64,000 nucleotides of DNA from Chloroflexota bacterium (GTDB lineage Bacteria; Chloroflexota; Dehalococcoidia; JACVQG01; JAHKAY01): the NCBI GenBank assembly GCA_018825785.1, contig JAHKAY010000006.1, forward strand, positions 42,332 through 106,331. The letters are read 5' to 3'. This document shows positions 35,019 to 43,347 of the stretch, in pieces (the first letter of the stretch is position 1; each line of letters begins with the position of its first letter). The position numbers and the translations under genes were made by a program. The notes below the pieces were generated by a model, which was not told where the DNA came from, did not search any database, and saw only the letters and a program-made list of their open reading frames with translations.

Positions 35019-36511
35019 AAATCCTGTTCGTTGTCCAGACTATAGATTTCATTGACCCCATTGGCATGATGCTGATGTCTGCTCTGGCCAAGAAGAAAGG
35101 CCATAGAACCCGTCTGGCAGTCATCAGCCGGGAAAACCTGCTGGATAGAATCGCCGGGCTTAAACCAGACATAGTCGCCTACAGTGCCTCCACGGGTGAG
35201 CACAAATATTACATAGAGGCTAACAAGGTAGTTAAGGCCAGGTTCCCTCATATCTTCACCATCATGGGTGGGGCCCATACTACCTTCTATCCCGAGTGCA
35301 TAAGTGAGAGCACCCTGGACGCGGTCTGTGTGGGTGAGGGGGACGAGGCCTTCCCCGAGCTACTGGGGGCCCTGGAGAGAGGGCAGGATATTTCCGGAAT
35401 TCGGAATATCGTCACCCGCGCCGGGCAAAGGAATGGCCTCCGGCCTCTTTTTGAAGACCTGGACAGCCTGCCCTTCCCCGATAGGGAGCTATTCTATAAG
35501 ACCACAGAGATGGGGCAGTTCCCCCTCAAGAGCTTCATGGCCTCCCGGGGGTGTCCTTATCCCTGCACCTACTGCTTCAACCATGCCTTCAGGAAGCTCT
35601 ACCGGGGCATGGGCAAGCTGGTCCGAAGGCACTCGGTGGACTACGTCATAGAAGAGGTGGCCCAGGTAAAGAGGCGGTATCGTCTGGATGTGGTGAAGTT
35701 CTACGACGATATCTTCGCCTACCGGGTGGATGACTGGCTGGAGGACTTTGCCAAAAAATACAGGAGGGAGATAGGCCTCCCCTTCCATTGCCTCACCAGG
35801 GCGGACCTGATGACGGAGGATGTGGCCAAATTGCTCAAGGAGGCAGGCTGCTTCTCCATCAGCATGTCCATTGAGGCGGGGAACCCCCAGTTCCGCAATG
35901 AAGTCCTGAAGCGAAACATGACCGATGAGCAGATCATCCGCGCCTTCCATATCTGCCGCAAATCTGGCATCAAGACCTTCTCCAACAATATCATTGGCCT
36001 TCCTTATGCCACGATACAGAATGAGATTGAAACCCTGGACCTGAACCTCAAATGCAAGGTCTCGTATGCCGAGTTCCCTATCTTCCACCCCTATCCCAGG
36101 ACAGAACTGGGTGACTTCTGTATTGAGAAGGGGATATGGAAGGGCAACTATGCCCAGCTCCATATGTCCTATATGAACCGTTCCCCCCTTTCCTGTTTTG
36201 CCGAGAAAGAAAAGGCCGTGCAGAAGAACCTGGCCGAGCTGGGCCTTCTCGTCATCTGGTTCCCCTTCCTGAGGAACCTGGTAGTGAAGCGGCTCATCTA
36301 TCGGCCCCACACCAGACTCTTCCTCTGGGCTTATGTCCTAGCCAAAGCGTATCTGGTGCGGAAGCGAGTTTATCCGGTGAAGTTGAAGGTAGGGGACGTG
36401 GTCAGGCTCCTTCGCAAGACGTTCAGTCTAGAGACCTTCAAGCATAGCGATGAGCAGCTTCTCATCGATAAGGGAAGCCCGCGAAGGAACAGTCAATGCC
36501 AGGAGCTGTGA
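35015..36511 (+). CDS. B12-binding-domain radical SAM enzyme (class B)
   Basis: 498 aa. The N-terminal Rossmann-like B12 domain (KILFVVQTIDFIDPIGMMLMSALAKKKGH) is followed by SRGCPYPCTYC (CxxxCxxC). It has a GTGA overlap with the GT2 gene. Confidence 0.8.
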   Translation: MKILFVVQTIDFIDPIGMMLMSALAKKKGHRTRLAVISRENLLDRIAGLKPDIVAYSASTGEHKYYIEANKVVKARFPHIFTIMGGAHTTFYPECISESTLDAVCVGEGDEAFPELLGALERGQDISGIRNIVTRAGQRNGLRPLFEDLDSLPFPDRELFYKTTEMGQFPLKSFMASRGCPYPCTYCFNHAFRKLYRGMGKLVRRHSVDYVIEEVAQVKRRYRLDVVKFYDDIFAYRVDDWLEDFAKKYRREIGLPFHCLTRADLMTEDVAKLLKEAGCFSISMSIEAGNPQFRNEVLKRNMTDEQIIRAFHICRKSGIKTFSNNIIGLPYATIQNEIETLDLNLKCKVSYAEFPIFHPYPRTELGDFCIEKGIWKGNYAQLHMSYMNRSPLSCFAEKEKAVQKNLAELGLLVIWFPFLRNLVVKRLIYRPHTRLFLWAYVLAKAYLVRKRVYPVKLKVGDVVRLLRKTFSLETFKHSDEQLLIDKGSPRRNSQCQEL

Positions 36512-36523
36512 AAGGAGGCAAGA

Positions 36524-37678
36524 ATGAAGGTGGGGTACTCGTACCTGCTTCAGCAGTTTGATGTCCGGCCAGGCAAGATGAAAGTGTCCTATATGGACCT
36601 TCCCAGGGGGACCAACGCCACCGAAATCCTCCGGGCTCTTCGGGAGCAGCTCAAAGTCTGTAACTTTACGCTGGGCCCGGAGGTAGCCGAGTTTGAGGCG
36701 AAGTTCGCCGCCCTGCACGGGACCAAACAGGCCATAGGGGTGAATTCAGGGACAGATGCGCTTTTCCTTACAATGAAGGCTGTGGGCATTGGGCCCGGAG
36801 ATGAGGTTATCACTGTTCCCAACAGCTTCATCGCCACAGCAGCAGCCATCGCAAATACAGGAGCCCGGCCTGTCTTTGTGGACGCGGGGGATGATTACAA
36901 TATCAATCCTGACCTGATTGAAGAAGCTGTCACGCCGCGCACCAGGGCCATCCTCCCTGTGCACCTTACGGGAAACCCCGCCGATATGCCCAGGATAATG
37001 GAGATAGCGCACAGGTACGGACTGCTGGTAATTGAAGATGCGTGCCAGGCAGTGAGCGCTTCTATCAATGGAAAGCCCGTCGGTTCCTTTGGCATCTCCG
37101 GTTGTTTCAGCCTGCACCCGCTCAAAAATCTCAACGTCTGGGGGGACGGTGGGGTGCTCACTACCGACTCTGATGAGCTGGCCGAGAAACTCCGGTTGAT
37201 GAGAAATCACGGCCTGAAAAACCGGGACGAATGCGAATTCTTCGCCTACAATAGCCGGCTGGATACAGTTCAGGCGATTGTTGCCTTAAGACTTATGCCT
37301 GCTCTGGAGGCCGCCACCGAGGCCCGCATCAGGCACGCTCGGGTCTATGATGAGGCCTTTTCGCAACTGGGCGAGTTGATCAAGGTGCCTCCCCGCAAAG
37401 CTCAGGTGAGGCAGGTGTTCCATACATACGTAGTTCAAGCCAAGGATAGAGACAATCTGTATGAGTATCTCTGTTCCAATGGCGTAGAGGCCAAGATCCA
37501 TTATCCCATACCCATTCATCTTCAGAAGGCATCGCGTTATCTTGGCTACAAGGAGGGCGACTTCCCCCTGTGCGAGGCTCAGGCGAGGTCCATTATCACC
37601 CTTCCCGTGCACCAGCATCTAACAGAGATACAGCTGGAATACGTCGTTGGCAAGGTAGGAGAATTCTACGGAGAATGA
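36524..37678 (+). CDS. DegT/DnrJ/EryC1/StrS-family PLP-dependent sugar aminotransferase
   Basis: 384 aa. FTLGPEVAEFEAKFAALHGTKQAIGVNSGTDALFLTMKAVGIGPGDEVITVPNSFIATAAAI supports the call. The PLP lysine context is FSLHPLKNL. Confidence 0.88.
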   Translation: MKVGYSYLLQQFDVRPGKMKVSYMDLPRGTNATEILRALREQLKVCNFTLGPEVAEFEAKFAALHGTKQAIGVNSGTDALFLTMKAVGIGPGDEVITVPNSFIATAAAIANTGARPVFVDAGDDYNINPDLIEEAVTPRTRAILPVHLTGNPADMPRIMEIAHRYGLLVIEDACQAVSASINGKPVGSFGISGCFSLHPLKNLNVWGDGGVLTTDSDELAEKLRLMRNHGLKNRDECEFFAYNSRLDTVQAIVALRLMPALEAATEARIRHARVYDEAFSQLGELIKVPPRKAQVRQVFHTYVVQAKDRDNLYEYLCSNGVEAKIHYPIPIHLQKASRYLGYKEGDFPLCEAQARSIITLPVHQHLTEIQLEYVVGKVGEFYGE

Positions 37679-37996
37679 TGGAAATTGCTGCAGCTAATTG
37701 CGTCACGATGTCATGTCCGGGGCATATGCGAGGTGGTCTGGGACTCGGTCTTCTACCAGCCTCAGGCTGCTGAAGGCCAACGGAGGGCCCTTGGAACCAG
37801 CCAAAACAATGTGGCCCGAGGCAAAGAGATGCATGCTGAGTGGCGGCAAGGAACAAAGCGCTCAGCATTTGGGAGACTTCAGGCTGCTTGGACGGCCTAG
37901 TATAAGCTCGCTATGGAATATTTCTAGCGCATTGAGGCCCGTGTTCTGGCTGTTCTGGGAAACTGGCATAGCTGGCCGCCGCAGGCTGGAGCCGGC

Positions 37997-40147
37997 ATGG
38001 CAAAAGGGAGAAAGGAACGCTCTTTGAATATATTAGGAGGAAGGTCGGCACTTCACCGGGGTGCCCTCTTCCCTTTGTGGGTCTTTCTGGCATTTTTTGT
38101 CTTTATCACGGTGCTTTATAGAAGCACCCTCTTTGATACGCCAAGGTCCGACCACGTTGAGATATTCGCCATCTTCCAAGACCTCACTTTTCCTCAAGAT
38201 ATTGCCCAGATAGCCTTTATGGAGTTTTTCGGCCACCCCAGATTCCAGCCCCTGGCCTGGCTCTTCCACTTCTTTCAGATAAAGGCCTTTGGTATGAATT
38301 TCATTTGTTACCACCTGGTCATCATTGGCCTGCATGCCCTCAATGGCACGCTTCTCTTGGGTTTGCTTTACGCCCTGTCTCGAAAGCTCCTCTTTTCCTT
38401 CTTTACTGCCCTTGTGTTCATCTCCCTATTTACTCATCTTCCCCTGATTGCCTGGCCGATAGCCTCCTACTCCCTCCTCAGTGTCACCTTGAGCCTTTCC
38501 GCTCTGCTCAGTCTGCTCAAGTTCTATCAGAGTTCCAACAGGGCTTTCCTATATGTTTCCTATTCGTTCGCCTTTGTGGCATTGTTTCTATACGAGCTGA
38601 ATTTGATAGTCCCTGCATTCATCTTCCTCTTTGCTGTGGGACTCGGTTGGGCAGCCGCTAGTAAGAAGCGCCTGATTTTGCAGAACTTATGTCTGGTAGC
38701 AATGGTCTATTTCGTTTATGGCGGGCTGTATTTGTGGCTCGTGCCTAGATATGCGGGGCTGCCGGAGCATGTCCTGAGTGGGCAGAGCGCCTGGCTCGCC
38801 CTGGCCGCAGTGCCCATCGAGTTTTTCAACACGGTGTTCGGCCACAACGTTTTTGCCACATCAAGGGTGGTAATTGATGAACTGTCCTTCTATGTGCCAT
38901 TTACAGTGAAGTCTTTCTCAATGAACACCATGGAGCCGGGCCTGGTCAAGCTCAACCTTCTGGTATATCTGGTCCTGTTGACCCTGGCTATCGCGTTGCG
39001 CAGACCGGAAAGGGGCCGGGGCTTGTGGTTATTCCTGCTGGCCCTCTGGGCCTTTGGCTACACTGCTATGATATTTCTCGGTCGGGGGGTGGCCTATGTT
39101 CTAAGTCAAGCGAGGCATGCTTACTTTCCGAGTATGCTGCTCCTCTTCATTGGCGCTCATTTCTATGAGCGCTATTTCTCACAGGGGTGGGCTCTGGCCA
39201 GGAGAGACGGCTCTTACTTCCTGGGCAAGTATGGTGGAGTGGTGGTTTTGATGGCTGGGGTCTTTTTCATCAATGTTAATGTAGCCAAAATATCCTGGAC
39301 TCTGCATGAGTACATGGGATACCGTTCCTATCCCAACACCATTTACTACACAGCTAGAGACTGGCTATCCCAGCCTGAGAACAGGGACAATAGCCTGTTA
39401 ATTTCGGTTCCAACTTATCCGCCCGAGGAGAAGCTGGCTTGGGGTGCGGATATACTGCCGGACCTATTCCTCTCAGACCCCCGCATCACCAAGAGTTTTC
39501 AGCAAGCTACTCATATTTTGGAATGGGGCGAGGGCCAGGCCTCGCCTTCAATCACGGAGCTCAGCCGTTACCCATCAGGGAATGCCAGTGATGACTTCAG
39601 CATTACGTTTGGCATCATGCCGCACCCACAAATCACCGAGGATTATCTGGAGGTGCTTGGTGCTTCGGCTGAGCCTGGCGTGGAACGATTTGGCAAGCAA
39701 TGGTGGCTACGGCTCTACTTCGACCAGTCGAGGAACCTCCCCGGGGACATAGCCGGCAGGGCCAGGGTGGTCCTGGGCTACTCCCAGGGCAGCTACGGGC
39801 ACATCATTGACGGGCGGGTTTTCAGCAGTCAACCGATAACCATAGGGCGGAGCCGAATGACCCACATTGTATTGGTGAAAGATGCTGGAACCTTCGGGGT
39901 GATTGTTAATGGGGAGCTGCTGGAAAAGGCTCAAGACATCACGGATGAGGACCTACAGAATATTGAACTTCCCCTGGGAAAGCTTTATCGGATGGGTTAC
40001 CGCAAGCCGTACTACTATGCCCACACTTTCATTGAGTTTGGAAGGAGCCGCTTTTCAATCCAGGATAGAGAGAAAGGCTATATCTTCAAAGAAATTCGCT
40101 TTAATCCTAAAGGATTTCAGGAATATCACATGTCTTTAGACTTCTAG
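37997..40147 (+). CDS. large polytopic membrane protein (716 aa) with a C-terminal extracytoplasmic ConA/LamG-like domain; possible GT-C-type glycosyltransferase
   Basis: ORF track entry. About 11-13 hydrophobic helices occupy the first ~430 aa. A soluble ~280-aa tail follows, containing ...RMTHIVLVKDAGTFGVIVNGELL..., a LamG-like strand pattern. G+C is about 48-50% by hand count. Confidence 0.5.
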   Translation: MAKGRKERSLNILGGRSALHRGALFPLWVFLAFFVFITVLYRSTLFDTPRSDHVEIFAIFQDLTFPQDIAQIAFMEFFGHPRFQPLAWLFHFFQIKAFGMNFICYHLVIIGLHALNGTLLLGLLYALSRKLLFSFFTALVFISLFTHLPLIAWPIASYSLLSVTLSLSALLSLLKFYQSSNRAFLYVSYSFAFVALFLYELNLIVPAFIFLFAVGLGWAAASKKRLILQNLCLVAMVYFVYGGLYLWLVPRYAGLPEHVLSGQSAWLALAAVPIEFFNTVFGHNVFATSRVVIDELSFYVPFTVKSFSMNTMEPGLVKLNLLVYLVLLTLAIALRRPERGRGLWLFLLALWAFGYTAMIFLGRGVAYVLSQARHAYFPSMLLLFIGAHFYERYFSQGWALARRDGSYFLGKYGGVVVLMAGVFFINVNVAKISWTLHEYMGYRSYPNTIYYTARDWLSQPENRDNSLLISVPTYPPEEKLAWGADILPDLFLSDPRITKSFQQATHILEWGEGQASPSITELSRYPSGNASDDFSITFGIMPHPQITEDYLEVLGASAEPGVERFGKQWWLRLYFDQSRNLPGDIAGRARVVLGYSQGSYGHIIDGRVFSSQPITIGRSRMTHIVLVKDAGTFGVIVNGELLEKAQDITDEDLQNIELPLGKLYRMGYRKPYYYAHTFIEFGRSRFSIQDREKGYIFKEIRFNPKGFQEYHMSLDF

Positions 40148-40152
40148 GCGAT

Positions 40153-43100
40153 GTGGGCTGGAAAATGGAGAAGATGAAAAGGCTATCAAGATTACGAGAA
40201 GAAATGTTGGGAGGGTTGCCCAAGCATCTTCTGTTCCTGGCGCTGGTGGCATTCCGGGTCTTTGGGCTTTTGCAGCACGAAATGTGGCGGACTGAGGCAC
40301 AGCTACCCCTGATGGTGAGAGATAGTCAGTCATTCGGCCAACTGCTGCACTGGCAATCATACGGAAGAGAACACATCCTCTGGCCCAGCATGCTATATGG
40401 TATGAAAATGCTGGGCCTGGACGCGGTGGTCGCAGGGCAGTGGCTACATCTAGGTCTCTCCATCATCCTCTTGGGCGTCATCTTTTATGGTATTCCACGC
40501 CTGCCCCTTATTATCAGGGCATCAGTGGGCTCTTCATTCTTCCTGATGTACGAATACAGCGCCATAACCAGAGTATATGGAGTGACAGCTTTACTGCTGG
40601 CGATATTTGTGATGCTGGAACTGCGCATCCGAAGAGGCATTCTGTGGAAAGCATTGACGCTCTTTTTCATGTCTCTTTCCAGCAATGTCGGTTTGGTACT
40701 TGCTATCGCCCTCGCTGTCTACCTGTTTGCCAAGCGTTCGGAGGAGCAGTGGCATACACGGGCTATGGGGGCCGGCATTGTCGCCTTAGGCATAGGGCTC
40801 AGTATTGCCACAGCGCTGCCTCCTGCAGACCTCAGCGAAGCGCCATGGCTTGTGGCCTATCGGGCTGATGCCTCTCGATACTGGGGTATACCGCATCTCC
40901 TCCCAACGACCGCCAGAATGTTTCTTGATGGCTTCCTCTATATTCCAATAATGACTTCACCACACTGGTATGAACCAACTTCCTGGTCCGAGCCTCAATC
41001 GCTCTTGTCCGGTGTGATATCAGAATACAAAGTTGCCACCTATCTCATCGGGTTAGCGGTTATCGCGTTGGCGGTACGGTTTCTATGGCACCTGTTTCGC
41101 ATAAGCAAGCCTATTGCACTGGGTGTTGCCACCCTCTGGGGAGGCAACCTGCTTGCCTGGTCAGTGATGCACCCCGGCTACACCCGGCATTTTGGCATTC
41201 TACTCCTGGGCACCCTTGGGCTATTTGCTCTAGCTGCAGACATGAGGAAAGGTTTCTCCGTGAAAGGGATGACCATCATTGTCGTGGTCATTCTGGCTAT
41301 CCAGAGCGCGTCTGGATTCTGGGCTGTTTATGCTGAGGTTGGAGACTCTTTCTCCCAATCCAAGAATCTGGCCCAATGGTGGCAGGCCAATTATCCTGAA
41401 GAAACGCCCTATGTTTTTCCCGACCATGTGGGTGCAACACTCAGCCTGTATACGGGGGGCTACGCCTATTCCCTGGCATCAGAGAGGGAGGAAGCAGTCT
41501 CCTTCGTTCGTGAGAGCGAAGAATTCGCACAGACATTTTCTCCAGCCTTAATCAGCAACCTGGACTTAAGAGGAGATAGCCCCTTTCTCATTACCAACTT
41601 CCCGTATCATGCCCTCCTGGATGGAGGTAAAACCATCGTGGAGCCGGTCCGCGCTTTCCAGTCCGCAGTAGCTTTCAATGAGTCCTTCTGGGTTCACCGG
41701 GTCCGCCACGGAAGCGAAAGCGAGCTATGGACTTTCAAGTTTTTGCCATTTGAAGGCCAATTCTGGACGGTAGAGACCTCTCAACATAATTGGCAACAAA
41801 ATGTTATAGAGCAGCCTGAGCCGAGGTTTGATAATGAAACTGGTTCTGCAATCGAGATAAAGATAAAGTTCTTAGAGGCACCGAACACTGACCCCAATGC
41901 CCTGGTCTTTCAGCTCCTGGACGGAAGAAGGCCGTTAAAGGTGTCTTTCTTTGGAGACGGATTTAGAATTCAATATGACGTTCTGAGAACCAGGTATGAA
42001 ATAGACACGACGGACGATTTTCATGTTTACCGTTTCACCTTAAGGAGAAATACGGTAGAGGCATATGTGGATGGCAAGAAGGTTGGTTCCAGCTATCTTA
42101 GTGCTGAAACAGAAGATAAGAGGGTCCTCTTAGGGAATGTCGGCACTAGGGGCGAGAATATAGCAGCACAAATCAAGTATGTGGCCTACTCTGCCAGTGG
42201 GGCACTGCCACCAGAAGGGGAACAGGAGCCAGAGGAAGCCGAAATATGGACCATGTTTACTGATATGCAGATGTCACCCGATGCTCCCCCTGCCGCTTGG
42301 GCAGGGAATGGGACATTTTCTGTGAAGTCGGTTGTAGATGGTGTGCTAACAGTAGCTACCAGGGGTACTGATTTAGGACACTTCTCACAACTTGTGCCAG
42401 AATTCGATAACGCCGTGGGCAGCACGGCTGAAGTAAGGCTTAAGCTTCTGGATGGCCCCAAAACCGATTCTGACGGGGCTATGCTGTCGATTTCCGATGG
42501 GTTGAGGGAAGCAAAAATAGCCTTCTTTACCGACCACATTAATATTCTTGACCAGAGTGAGTTCAAGAGATTCAGCTGGATGGATACTACCGATGATTTT
42601 CACACCTACCGGATAGCCATCATTGGGGATAGTCTGAGAGTGTACGTGGATGGCGCGGAGGTGGCTGCGGCGACCCTGCGCCAGCAGGCTACCGGGAGGC
42701 AAGTCCTGTTCGGCGATTTCAGCACCAGCGCAGGTGAGAATATGGGTGTCAGGGTGGACTACCTGGCCTACTCCGTTAACGGGGCTAAGGCCCCGGATGG
42801 GTCGTCCATCAAGACTGTGGAAGGTGGTGAAGAAGAGCAGGACATTCCATGGACATCGGCCAAAGGCGGCTTCGTAATCAGGACCGTGGGCAAGGAAAAT
42901 GAACCGGCCGGAACCGGCTATCCCATCAAGGAATTTGACAACTCCCTGGGTTCTACCCTCGAGGTGAAGATGAGGATTCTGGAGGCACCCGCTTCAGGAT
43001 TCAATGGGGGAGCACTTTCTCTCATAGATGGCCAGAGAGAGGGGAAACTTAGCTTCTTCAACGATAGAGTTGAGATACGCGACGTGAACGATTTTAGACA

Positions 43101-43335
43101 AGCATATGAGTTAGACACTACTGATGGGTTCCACGTCTACAGGCTAACCATCGTTGAAGATACCCTGAAGGCGTATGTTGACGGGATGGAGGTGGCGATG
43201 GTGACACTGGCCAACAGTAACAAGGAGAAGAAGATACTGTTTGGGGATTTCAGCCCCGAAGAGGGCGAGAATATATATGCCCAGGTTGAGTACCTGGCCT
43301 ATTATGTGGGTGGGGCCGTGTCCCCCAGACCATGA
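40153..43335 (+). CDS. very large polytopic membrane protein (1060 aa) with three tandem ConA/LamG-like ectodomain repeats
   Basis: ORF track entry. The N-terminal ~400 aa are multi-TM. They are followed by a linker domain and three repeats of 130-190 aa sharing the blocks FDN..GS, DG.R..K..FF.D, DTTD.FH.YR, YVDG..V, LFGD.S...GEN and Y(L/V)AY. Confidence 0.55.
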   Translation: MGWKMEKMKRLSRLREEMLGGLPKHLLFLALVAFRVFGLLQHEMWRTEAQLPLMVRDSQSFGQLLHWQSYGREHILWPSMLYGMKMLGLDAVVAGQWLHLGLSIILLGVIFYGIPRLPLIIRASVGSSFFLMYEYSAITRVYGVTALLLAIFVMLELRIRRGILWKALTLFFMSLSSNVGLVLAIALAVYLFAKRSEEQWHTRAMGAGIVALGIGLSIATALPPADLSEAPWLVAYRADASRYWGIPHLLPTTARMFLDGFLYIPIMTSPHWYEPTSWSEPQSLLSGVISEYKVATYLIGLAVIALAVRFLWHLFRISKPIALGVATLWGGNLLAWSVMHPGYTRHFGILLLGTLGLFALAADMRKGFSVKGMTIIVVVILAIQSASGFWAVYAEVGDSFSQSKNLAQWWQANYPEETPYVFPDHVGATLSLYTGGYAYSLASEREEAVSFVRESEEFAQTFSPALISNLDLRGDSPFLITNFPYHALLDGGKTIVEPVRAFQSAVAFNESFWVHRVRHGSESELWTFKFLPFEGQFWTVETSQHNWQQNVIEQPEPRFDNETGSAIEIKIKFLEAPNTDPNALVFQLLDGRRPLKVSFFGDGFRIQYDVLRTRYEIDTTDDFHVYRFTLRRNTVEAYVDGKKVGSSYLSAETEDKRVLLGNVGTRGENIAAQIKYVAYSASGALPPEGEQEPEEAEIWTMFTDMQMSPDAPPAAWAGNGTFSVKSVVDGVLTVATRGTDLGHFSQLVPEFDNAVGSTAEVRLKLLDGPKTDSDGAMLSISDGLREAKIAFFTDHINILDQSEFKRFSWMDTTDDFHTYRIAIIGDSLRVYVDGAEVAAATLRQQATGRQVLFGDFSTSAGENMGVRVDYLAYSVNGAKAPDGSSIKTVEGGEEEQDIPWTSAKGGFVIRTVGKENEPAGTGYPIKEFDNSLGSTLEVKMRILEAPASGFNGGALSLIDGQREGKLSFFNDRVEIRDVNDFRQAYELDTTDGFHVYRLTIVEDTLKAYVDGMEVAMVTLANSNKEKKILFGDFSPEEGENIYAQVEYLAYYVGGAVSPRP
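41824..43314 (+). repeat. three tandem coding repeats (LamG-like modules) inside the 1060-aa ORF
   Basis: The repeats begin at about 41824 (RFDNETGS), 42397 (EFDNAVGS) and 42928 (EFDNSLGS). They end at about 42200, 42783 and 43314 (YVAYSASG, YLAYSVNG, YLAYYVGG). Confidence 0.7.
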
Positions 43336-43347
43336 TTGGAGGGACTC

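Noticed and set aside
34900-35020. I looked for a cobalamin riboswitch in front of either B12-radical SAM gene, and also checked 43300-43350.
   Set aside because: Both genes overlap or directly abut the upstream ORFs, leaving no leader region that could hold a ~200-nt riboswitch.
37679-37996. The 318-bp gap contains a 109-aa ORF (37698-38027) and an 8-bp inverted repeat ATGCTGAG...CTCAGCAT (about 37839-37877).
   Set aside because: The ORF has no SD, an odd composition and overlaps the next gene's start. The hairpin has a 22-nt loop and only a weak T-run. This is not enough to call a gene, a terminator or an RNA element.
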